Translations under genes and position numbers: made by a program
Shown here: positions 53,455 through 64,000 of the stretch, one piece after another
Layout of the letters: each line of letters begins with the position of its first letter
How positions within the stretch are numbered: position 1 is the first letter of the stretch
Notes under the pieces: generated by a model
Database searches by the model: none
What the model was told of the DNA's origin: nothing
What the model saw: the letters and a program-made list of their open reading frames with translations, nothing else
Assembly: GCA_951406725.2 (NCBI GenBank)
Contig: OX597816.1
Span: 13,950,001 to 14,014,000, forward strand
Direction: 5' to 3'
DNA: 64,000 nt
From: Octopus vulgaris
Lineage: Eukaryota

Positions 53455-53797
53455 CAACATCAATGGAAATTGCAGTTTTGATACTAGTGCCGGCGGCACG
53501 TAAGAGAACCATCCGAACGTGGCCGTTGCCAGCACCGCCCCACCTGGCCCTCGTGCCGGTGGCACATAAAAAGCACCATCCGATCGTGGCCGTTTGCCAG
53601 ACTCGTCTGGCACCTGTGCCAGTGGCACGTAAAAAGCACCCACTACACTCATGGAGTAGTTGGCGTTAGGAAGGGCATCCAGCCGTAGAAACATTGCCAG
53701 ATCAGACTGGGCCTGGTGCAGCCTTCCGGCTTCCCAGACCTCAGTTGAACCGTCCAACCCATGCTAGCATGGAAAGCGGACGCTAAACGATGATGAT
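53455..53797 (+). mobile_element. Family D copy
   Basis: Subrepeats, AGGAAGGGCATCCAG motif and (GAT)n tail. Confidence 0.8.
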
Positions 53798-54389
53798 GTA
53801 GACAGCCTAGTAAAATATGTAGTGAATATCTGAAAAATACATAATTGCCAAAAAGTGACATGTAGGATTTTGAATGAAGGAGGAAACACTTTGAATGAAT
53901 ATAAAAAAAAGTGTTACAATATTTTGTGAAAAGAAAATTGCAAAGAACATGGTAATAATTATTGGTAGAATGAAGCTGGTGGTGGTGGTGGTGGTGGTGG
54001 TGGCAGTAGTGGTGGTGGTGGTGGTGGTGGTGGAGGATTCCATTCTGCTTCTTATTTGCTCTTGTAATTTTGGCTGGTGAATTCTGAAGATATTCTGTGA
54101 AAGAGTCATATGTTGAATAATGCTTTAATTCTTTTTTAATTCTTTGTTGAAGAATTTTTCAATTGCCTGCAAACTTGGCAAAGTATTAGACAGAAAAAGT
54201 AACAAAGAAATAAAAATAAAAGAAAAACAATGAAAAACAGCAACGAAAAGTTAAAAAAACCCCGACTACTTGATGGTTTGAAGAGGTATTATTGGTCCAG
54301 TGAAGGAGCTGTTATTTTGCCTGTTGACATTCTCAGGTTAACAGTTCAATGTCTTTTTAATAAATCTCAACTATCTTTAAAATCACAAT

Positions 54390-54635
54390 ATCACAGTATC
54401 GACCAGGCCATCAGGTGCTGTTTTACAGCACTGGTCACAATGCACTTCCAATTTTGTTTTGATTGTGGCGTTCTTTCCCATCTTGACCAAACCATCTTCT
54501 CATTGTTGTGGAGGCCTTCCAAGGGGCCTTTTCCTGTCTCTGGGATACCATTTGGCAACTGCACAGGCCCACCTGTTGTAATGACCCCTGTGATATGCCT
54601 AACCCCATTGGGACTTGTGCTTTTGGTATTCTGCA
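54390..54635 (-). mobile_element. Degenerate RTE-clade LINE 3' fragment
   Basis: Manual translation KWYPRDRKRPLGRPP, the typical RTE C-terminal motif. Confidence 0.6.
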
Positions 54636-54639
54636 ATTA

Positions 54640-55402
54640 CTGTAATTTAATATATATAAGGAACCCTTTTTTTTTTCAAAAATTAGCTTTAAAAAATATG
54701 GGAGTTTCTTATACATGGATGGTATTTTAATCCATTACTAAACCTTTTTCCAAATTTTATAACTTGGTAGGTATTTGGTAGGTGGAAACTGAAAGAAGCT
54801 TATCACATATACATTTACATGTGTGTGTTTGTGTTTGACAAGTAGTATTGGTATGTTTATGTCCCCACAGCCTAGCAGTTCGACAAAAGAGACCAATAAA
54901 ATAGATTATAATCTATTATACTAGATTATAATCTAATAATTATTAGTATTATAATCCCTTACAAAACCTTTTTCCTAATTTTATAATAGATTATACTAGA
55001 TTATAATCTAATAATTATTAGTATTATAATCCCTTACAAAACCTTTTTCCTAATTTTATAATAGATTATACTAGATTATAATTTAATAATTATTAGTATT
55101 ATAATCCCTTACAAAACCTTTTTCCTAATTTTATAATAGATTATACTAGATTATAATCTAATAATTATTAGTATTATAATCCCTTACAAAACCTTTTTCC
55201 TAATTTTATAATAGATTATACTAGATTATAATCTAATAATTATTAGTATTATAATCCCTTACAAAACCTTTTTCCTAATTTTATAATAGATTATACTAGA
55301 TTATAATCTAATAATTATTAGTATTATAATCCCTTACAAAACCTTTTTTCCTAATTTTAAGCCCCAGAAATTAGGTGGTTCCTTATACATGTTAAAATAC
55401 AG
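54640..55402. mobile_element. Tc1/mariner-pogo-type MITE carrying a tandem array
   Basis: TA|CTGTAATTTAATATATATAAGGAACC ... GGTTCCTTATACATGTTAAAATACAG|TA. Confidence 0.7.
54911..55358. repeat. 75-bp tandem repeat, about 6 copies
   Basis: Unit ATAGATTATACTAGATTATAATCTAATAATTATTAGTATTATAATCCCTTACAAAACCTTTTTCCTAATTTTATA. Confidence 0.95.
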
Positions 55403-55843
55403 TACATCATTCTCTGTTTTCCATTCTTGAATTATCTCATTTTGAATAGGCTCTCTTAATAATATTCCCAGCAGGGATTTTTCATGGTCCTTTGGCTTGT
55501 AGTCAATTGATGTTTTATATTCCACTTGGTAAAATCTTACAACATGTCATACAATCAAAACAGGGTAAATCATAGCTGAAACATGGATTGATCAAATACT
55601 GCAATTTACCCCAGAACCAGCATGTTAGATATCAAGTATCAGAACGTCCTCAGCATCACAACATGGAGGGAGATTTTCAGTTTGTTATTTTTGTAGTAGA
55701 TTCTAATAGATGCAGGCATAGTTGCATGGCAGGAAGCTTGCTTCCCAACCATATGATTCTAGGTTCAGTCCCACTGTGTGGCACTTTGGGCAAGTGTCTT
55801 TAACTATAGCCTTGTGAGTGTATTTGGTAGACAAAAACTGAAA

Positions 55844-56437
55844 GGTGGCGAGCTGGCAGAATGTTAGCACGCCAGGCAAAGTGCGTAGCTGTATTTTGTC
55901 TGCCGTTACGTTCTGAGTTCAAATTCCGCCGAAGTCGACTTTGCCTTTCATCCTTTCGGGGTCGATTAAATAAGTACCAGTTATGAATTGGGGTTGATAT
56001 AATTGACTTAATCCGTTTGTCTGTCCTTGTTTGTCCTCTCTGTGTTTAGCCCCTTGTAGGTAGTAAAAAATAGGTATTTCGTCTGCCGTTACGTTCTGAG
56101 TTCAAATTCTGCCGAGGTTGACTTTGCCTTTCATCCTTTCAGGGTCGATTAAATAAGTACCAGTTACTCACTGGGTTGATATAATAGACTTAATCTGTTT
56201 GTCCTTGTTCGTCCCCTCTGTGTTTAGCCTCTTGTGGGTTGTAAAGAAATACGTATTTCATCTGCCACTACGTTCTGAATTCAAATTCCACCAAGGTCGA
56301 CTTTACCTTTCATCCTTTCGGGGTCGATAAATTAAGTACCAGTTATGCACTGGGGTCGATGTAATCAACTTAATCCCTTTGTCTGTCCTTGTTTGTCCCC
56401 TCTATGTTTAGCTCTTTGTGGGTAATAAAGAAATAAG
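55844..56437 (+). mobile_element. SINE family B trimer inserted in a SINE A copy
   Basis: Units start at 55891, 56074 and 56253; AAACTGAAA duplicated at 55835-55843 and 56438-56446. Confidence 0.9.
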
Positions 56438-56879
56438 AAACTGAAAAAAGCTTGTCACATATACGTTTACATGTGTGTGTCTGTGTTTGTCCCCCACCAT
56501 TGCTTGTGGCATGTTTACATCCCAACAGCTTAGCAGTTCGACAAATGAGACTAATAAAAGATGCCAGGATTAAAAAACAAAAATGAAATATTTTTCAAGG
56601 CAATACCCCAGCTTGGCCACACTCTAACGATTGAAACAAGTAAAAGACAAATGATAAAAGATAATTATATGTTTCTGGTTAAGTATTATATGTATATATA
56701 ACATCATAACATATTGTGTTCTGTTTTATGAGATTCTTTTGTGATGATGTATCCGTTCCCTGTGTAACTGGAAACTTTTCATTCATGTAGAATGCTGTAT
56801 GTGTATGGTTTGTGTATTTTAACTGGGTGTTGCTTCTGTTGTATGTCTGTTTTTCTCATAAAATTTCCTTATCTAAACT

Positions 56880-57027
56880 TCTTTAGTGGATGAGAATTTA
56901 AAAGCTTGTCTAAAATGGGATTTGACTACAGATATCTTTTATCTGTAGGACACACACATATATATATATATATGTGTCCTACAGATAAAAGATATCTGTA
57001 GTCCTACAGATATCTTTTATCTGTAGG

Positions 57028-57084
<57 letters not shown>

Positions 57085-57151
57085 ACAGATAAAAGATATC
57101 TGTAGTCAAATCCCATTTTAGACAAGCTTTTAAATTCTCATCCACTAAAGA
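56880..57151. repeat. Nested palindrome with perfect 73-bp outer arms
   Basis: 56880-56952 is the exact reverse complement of 57079-57151; there are internal inverted copies of CTACAGATATCTTTTATCTGTAGGACA. Confidence 0.9.
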
Positions 57152-57159
57152 TGTGCGCA

Positions 57160-57339
57160 TAGGTGCAGGAGTGGCTGTGTTGTAAGTAGCTTGCTTATCA
57201 ACCACATGGTTCCAGGTTCAGTCCCACTGTGTGGCACCATGGGCAAGTGTCTTCTGCTATAGACTCGGGCCACTGAAAGCCTTGTGAGTGGATTTGGTAA
57301 ACGGAAACTGAAAGAAGTCCATCGTATATAGAATATATG

Positions 57340-57381
<42 letters not shown>

Positions 57382-57610
57382 TGTCCTCAAGTAAAAGAAT
57401 ATATATATATATATGTATGTATACAAGTGTGTGTGTGTGTAAAATGGAACCAGCATAGCTGTTTTCTTAAAAAGTTCACTTTCTAAATATATGGTTTTAG
57501 GTTCAGTTCCACTGTACAACAACTTGGACAAGTATCTTCTACTATAGCTCTGGGCCAACTAAAGCCTTGTGAGTGGATTTGAAAGATGGAAACTGAAAGA
57601 AGCCCAGCAT
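57160..57610 (+). mobile_element. Two partial SINE family A copies
   Basis: Head and body matches at ~57162 and ~57455. Confidence 0.7.
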
Positions 57611-57917
57611 AATGTGTGTGCATGCATGCATGCGTGTGTGTGTGTGTGAGAGAGAGTATGAGTGAGTGTATGTTTGCAGCTTTGTCTTAACATTACATTG
57701 TAGTTGTGAAAATGAGTGTCTCTGTCATACAAGTGGTGTCATTTATTTCCAGTATTCTGCAAGAACACCTGTCAGGCCATGGGGTAATGTTACCTCACTT
57801 GGAAACAGGTGATGGTTAGCATCAGGAAGAGCATCTGGCTGCAGAAAATCTGCTTCAAAAAACTCCATCTGACCTTTGCAAGCATGGAAAAGTGAACCTC
57901 AAAATGATTTATATATA

Positions 57918-58168
57918 TGTATTTGTCTATGTTTAGTGTGGAGGCACATGGCCTTGTGGTTAGAGCAGGGATCACGAGTTCAAATCTCAGACCGGGCGAT
58001 GTGTGTGTTTATGAGCGAAACACCTAAGCTCCATGCAGCTTCAGCAGAAGGTAATGGCAAACTTTTGCTGACTTTTTCCTCCTGCATCTTGCAGCTCACC
58101 TGCGATGGACTGGTGTCCCATTCAGGTGGGGAACCAATACACCAAGGAAAGCGGGAAACTGGCCCTTA
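57918..58168 (+). mobile_element. SINE family C variant
   Basis: Matches the copy at ~25720-26007. Confidence 0.75.
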
Positions 58169-58179
58169 TTAGCCAGTTT

Positions 58180-58510
58180 CAACATCAAAAAATCAAATGT
58201 GATACCTGTACCGGTGGCACGTATAAAGCACCATCCAAACATGGCCGATGCCAGCGCCACCTTGACTGTCTTCCATGCCGGTGGCACTTAAAAAGCACCA
58301 ACTGATCATGGCCGTTGCCAGCCTCCCCTGGCACGTAAAAAGCACTCACTATACTCACGGAGTGGTTGGTGTTAGGAAGGGCATCCAGCTGTAGAAACAC
58401 TGCCAGATCAGACTGGAGCCTGGTGCAGCCTCCTGGCTTCCCGGACCCTGGTCGAACCGTCCAACCCATGCTAGCATGGAAAGCGGACGTTAAATGATGA
58501 TGATGATGAT
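58180..58510 (+). mobile_element. Family D copy
   Basis: Subrepeats, AGGAAGGGCATCCAG motif and (GAT)n tail. Confidence 0.8.
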
Positions 58511-59104
58511 GTTCAAATCTACTGTAGGTATTGCAGTGTGTTTTTTGTACAGAAAACTTACTTTTTATTACATCAATCCAATTATACGTCAAGAATAGAT
58601 AACAGATTTTTCTGGTGTTAAAGGTCACTGGAATTGATTATTCATTCGTGTTTGCTTCTGCAGTCATGAAGGGTTAAGGTCAAACCATGTCATGCCTAGG
58701 AAAAAGTCAAAAATGGTTGCAGTAAATATATGCAAAGGAAAGAAGCAAAAGAAAACAAAACAAATAATGATAATCATTGACTGTCTAAATGATTGTCTGT
58801 TAAATAAATAACAAATACCACATTGCTGAATGAATAGCTACGAAATGTCTATGGGGGGAGCTTCTGTGTGGTTCCATCATCTGCTAAAAATAACAAGCAA
58901 TTCTGCTATAAATCACACCCCTACAGCAGTGATTCTCAACTCTTTGATTTCTGGGACACGCTTTGATTTAAATGGGGTTTTTTTTTCTCGTGGGCCTAAA
59001 ATTTTTTTAATGTTTGACTGCTCAAAGAATTTATTTCATTAACTCAACTAACGAGAAACTCGTTTTCCAAGTTGCATTTCTGTTAGTGAATAAATATATA
59101 TCTT

Positions 59105-59493
59105 TTATTCTTTTACTTGTTTCGGTCATTTGACTGCGGCCACACTGGGGCAGTGCCTTTAGTCGAACAAATCGGCCCCGTGACTTATTCTTTGTAAGCC
59201 TAGTACTTATTCCTTCAGTCGTTTTTGCTGAACTGCTAAATTACTGGGACATAAACACACCAACATCGGTTGTCAAGCGAGGGGGGGGGGGGTACAAACA
59301 CACACACGCATACTCACACACACAACACACACACACACACACACATATATATACAACGGGCTTCTTTCAGTTTCCATCTAGTAAATCCTCTCACAAGGTT
59401 ATTGTAGAAGACACTTGCCCAAGGTGCCACACAGTGGGACTGAACCCAGAACCATGTGTTTGGGAAACAAACCACTTACCACACAACCACACC
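59105..59493 (-). mobile_element. SINE family A
   Basis: Reverse-complement match. Confidence 0.8.
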
Positions 59494-60417
59494 TCTGTTT
59501 ATGATTATTTGTATCTTAGTAGTTATTAATTTTGTTAGAAATCATTTGAAATTTTGAATGCAGTTTGCAATTCCACAGTACTACCTATGTGGATACCCAA
59601 GGGTTCATTGACCCCATCTTGGAGTCAATGGAGAAGTGAGGAAGGTGAGTATATGTGATGGGATGAGGGGTTAAAGTATGAAAGAAGGACCAGAACAGAG
59701 AAGGTTTCTTATGGAAGGACATATTGGGCAATGTGGTTCTGTATATAGGGTTTATAAGAAGTGGGGTTTCAAACAGTATATTCATATAAGGATCTGAAGA
59801 GTCAAAGAAATTGAGGAAATAAATCACCTTTCTGATCCCTTCTGTTGCCTCCAAAACATATCACAACTCTCTTGAATTCTTAAAGGGCTCCCACCACCCA
59901 GGCCTGAAATCAGTCTTATTCCTCCTTGCCAAATTTCTCCGAGAGGTCTGCCTGGATATACAAAATGGTAAGCAGATCACAGCTGGAATATCTTTGATCA
60001 TATTGATCGGCTTTGGCCTGCAGCCAAGCAACTGCAACATCAAATAACCACCATCAGTCTGGTGAACAAATAGCAAAAAATCTACCATTGTAAAAAGACG
60101 GAAACAACTGTTCTGGTGGAATTATTAATAATTACAACAAATAACACTGTGAACAATAGATTTGTAATTCTCAAGTGACCTATGAATCCACTATGTGGTT
60201 GCTCAGCATGCTAAAAATAGTACCCAGATATTTCGTTTTTGGATTTGGTTTGCAAGATTCTTTATATGAGTTCGTGTGTTGAAGCATATTCTGTTGTGTC
60301 TGGGGAGAGTCATCTTTTTTTTGTGCCTTATTATGTAACACACTCACTGGTAAAATTTCCAAGGAGTCAAGACTATTGAAAAGGTTGCAAGACGCAATGA
60401 AAATTTTAGGAAAATAA

Positions 60418-60843
60418 CGTTACCAGTGTCGCCTTACTGGCACTTATGCCCGTGCTAGTAGGGTGGCAAGAGCACCATCCGAGTGTGATCATTGCCAGAG
60501 CAGCCAACTGGCTTCCGTGCCAGTGGCACATAAAAAGGCACCATTCGAGCGTGATCATTACTAACATCGCCTTACTGGCACCTGTACTGGTGGCATGTGT
60601 AAAAGATTCGAGTGAGGTCATTGCCAGTACCTCTTAACTGGCCCCCGTGCCGGTGGCACGTAAAAAGTACCCACTACATTCTCGGAGTAGTTGGCGTTAG
60701 GAAGGGCATCCAGATGTAGAAACTCTGCCAAATCAAGATTGGAGCTGGTGCAGCCATCTGGTTCGCCGGCCCTCAGTCAAATCGTCCATCCTACTGCTAG
60801 CATGGAAAGCGGATGTTAAATGATGATGATGATGACGATGATG
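60418..60843 (+). mobile_element. Family D copy inserted into a Penelope-like inverted repeat
   Basis: Family D motifs; the flanking repeat continues on both sides (GAAAATAA). Confidence 0.8.
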
Positions 60844-61439
60844 AAAAATAAGAAATAAGTGGAAATTTTCCTGGTGAGTGTGTTACATAATAAGCACAAA
60901 AAGAAAATGACTCTCCCCAGACACAACAGAGTACCCAGATAGTCTCTGAAACCACACTCACCTTGAGAAAAATGTAAGGAAGGAATATTTCACAATGCAG
61001 TTCTTGATACACAAAAAAGATGGGATGTCTGTGTTTGCTGCTTTAATCTTAGGTCTGTTTTGGTCAATGCTGACCCTGGGCTACACAGCAGGAACCGTAG
61101 CAACACAAATTGATTACATAAAGAATAATAATGTAGCTTGCACTTACGCATAATTCTAATTTTATATGTGTGGTTGTATGTGTGTACATATGGCCGCACA
61201 CAGCTACATTACATTTATGAGCTACTACACATACATTCATTGATGTTCTTTTGCTTGTTTCAATCATTTGACTGTGGTCATGCTGGAGCACCACTTTTAG
61301 TCGAACAAATCAACCCCAGGACTTATTCTTTGTAAGCCTAGTATTTATTCTATTGCTCTCTTTTGCCTAACTGCTAAGTTTCAGGGACGTAAATACACCA
61401 ACATCAGTTATCAAGTGATGGTGAGGAAACAAACACACA

Positions 61440-61479
<40 letters not shown>

Positions 61480-61614
61480 GAATTTGTTATAAAACCACTA
61501 TTATGCAACTCAAACAGTGATAGGCATAAACCAATACATAAATAACAAATAATATATATATTAATATAATATATAATAAATATATATATATATATATATA
61601 TATAAATATTTTTT

Positions 61615-61690
<76 letters not shown>

Positions 61691-62677
61691 CAATGGTAAG
61701 ACAACAAAAGAATGAAAGAGATCTTGATATTATGTAAATAGAGGAATTTATCTGTAATATAATATGTGACAGTTATTTGGTCGCCATAATAAAACTCCAA
61801 GTTTCAGATGTTGGGGAAGAGACCTGCACTGGTATCTCTTCAGTTATCAAGGCAATCAAAATACGCTATATATATATATCCATATATACACTTTTGACAT
61901 TTTATGTATGTATGTATGTATGCATACATACACAACATACATTTAGTTTTAAGTATGTGTAGAGCTATGTACAGTCTTTACATTTATACATTCTTATATA
62001 CATACAAATTTCTATATTAGTCACATACTCACATGCACACACTCATGTGTGTGTGTGTGTGTGTATTTATATATGTATGTATACATATTAATTCATTGTA
62101 TGTAGACATACCCATACATTTACGCATCTTACTGTGACTATATGTACTAGCAGTAGTAGTAGCAGCAGCAGTAGTAGTAGTAGTAGTGTAATGATAGTAA
62201 CATCTATGCCCTACATCTTTACAGACCCTCCCCCCCCGTTTCTAAGTTATATATATTATGGAGCTTGTATATATAATATTTTTTCTGACTTTTTTCTATC
62301 TTTTCATCTTCTTAATTACTGTTTTACTTACATTGTTTATCTAATCTATGTTTGTATGGCTGGGGGTGGTGCTTACTGGTTGGACAAATTGTTTTCACAG
62401 CTGGATGCCCATTCTACTCTTAACTGCTCAACCATGACAATATTCATAAAAAGAAATGGTAGAACATTAGTTCCACAAAACCACCATTATTTCTTGCCTC
62501 TATTCACAAGCACCACACCAAAAATGTAAAACAAAGGAAGTTCTGACACACCCTATAAACATATTCTTTTGAAATTTTATTTCCATCATTAAATTCTCGT
62601 TGGTCCTTTATAAATGGAATAACTATATTTTCTTAATGTTTCAATAGCCTGAAGTAAATTGTTTTGTGTTATTCATA

Positions 62678-63025
62678 GGTGCAGGCATGGGTGTGTGGTA
62701 AAAAGCTTGCTTCCCAACCACATGGTTCTGGGTTCAGTCCCACTGCATGGCACTTCGGGCAAGTGTCTTCTACTATAGCCTCAGGCCTTGTGAGTGGATT
62801 TGGTAGATGGAAACTGAAAGCCTGGCATGTGTGTGTTTGTGTGTCTGTGTTTGTCCCCCCACTATCGCTTTACAACTGGTGTTGTTGTGTTTATGTCCCT
62901 GTAACTTAGCAGTTCGGCAAAATAGAATGATGGAATAAGTACTAGGCTTACGAAGAATAAGTCCTGGGATCAATTTGTTCGACTAGGGGTGGTACCCCGG
63001 CATGGCCGCAGTCAAATGACTGAAT
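62678..63025 (+). mobile_element. SINE family A
   Basis: Match to the family. Further partial copies at ~1805, 26065, 28566, 48445, 52120, 55712 and 61250. Confidence 0.8.
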
Positions 63026-64000
63026 CAATGTATGTCTAGTTGAGAGTATATCATTGTGAAAGTAAGTCTTACATGCATCATTTGCTCACAAGAAATACAA
63101 CAGTAAAAGGTTTATTACTTCACAGTGGCTGATGAAAAGGAGGAGACACTTGAGGGGTTTTGTACTGCCTTCTCATTAATAGGAACATTTTGAATACAGT
63201 TCAGCAAGAAAATGGTTTCAGATTTTGGCACAAGGCCAGCAATTTTGCATCAACCCCTTCAGTACTTGACTGGTATTTTATGTTATCTACTCTTAAGGGA
63301 TAAAAGGCAAAGCTGACCTCAGCAGTAATTGAACTCGGGTTGTAAGGATCTGGAAGAAATGCCACAGAGCTTTTTCTCCAACACATTAGCAACTCTGCCA
63401 GTTAATGCCTCCAAGACAAGCCTTAGCACTGGAAGCACTGGAGCATACATCAACCGAAGCTTTGTGTTAACAACAAACAAGATGAGGACAAATATCAATC
63501 AAATGTAAATAATATAAATAAAACCTTTACTGTTGCTTAGTTGCTCACATCTTAAGCATTCAGATATTCTGTCATATATAATGCTTATTTATTCATTGTT
63601 TTGAATTAATCATGCATTATCCCAAAGCTTCGAGATTTTGATGACATGATTGTTTATTTTTAGAATGACATTGTTGGGTCGATTCTAGAAGCCAGACCTG
63701 ACCAGTTTGAACATAGAACATGTAGAATATTTGTGTTGGCCAGAGCCTGTTTAAATGTTTAAAGGGTTAAACATTCAATAAGGATTAGGTTCCCTATCAG
63801 CTTAAGAGTGCAAACATTATGAGAATATGCACATTGGTCATTTAGTCTCCAGCCGGCAGTTTTATTTGTTCCATTCGACTATACTCTTGCATTCTTTCTA
63901 TCATTGACAAAATCAACCAATTGGAAGCCATGCTATAATGTCTTTAATATTAGATGACGATTCCAGTCTCTGGAGACAAAATTGGTCTATTTAGAAACAG

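Noticed and set aside
54911-55358. CRISPR-like regular array
   Set aside because: Units are contiguous with no unique spacers, the context is eukaryotic, and there are no cas genes.
59585-60120. Unique sequence with a G|GTAAGC donor and short ORFs
   Set aside because: No recognisable homology in any frame.
61790-61850. Possible further hammerhead (minus strand CTGAAGA...GAAA)
   Set aside because: Stems I and II do not pair convincingly.

Overview
AT-rich, repeat-dense animal genomic DNA. The microsatellite load and the SINE/LINE repertoire suggest an octopus (cephalopod), which is an inference. Only one host protein-coding region is well supported: a single-coding-exon glycogen-targeting PP1 regulatory subunit (PPP1R3 / Gbs-76A-like, 12771-14096 +) with an RVxF motif and a CBM21 domain. 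The rest is mainly transposon-derived: a near-complete mariner, Helitrons (non-autonomous copies plus a PIF1-helicase remnant), RTE, CR1 and R4/Dong LINE fragments, three tRNA-head SINE families, Penelope-like repeats, several MITEs, palindromes and micro/minisatellites. Most ORF-track entries are artefacts of simple repeats or SINEs. The most notable observations are: minimal hammerhead-ribozyme motifs in three different repeat families; SINE concatemers with a fixed junction, one of them inside a single TSD; a TIR element with a 17-bp target duplication; a mariner whose two frameshifts both lie in C homopolymers; and an ATF4-like two-uORF leader on the PP1 subunit. No clearly novel multi-gene system is evident. 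Repeat boundaries were read by eye and are approximate unless termini or TSDs are quoted.
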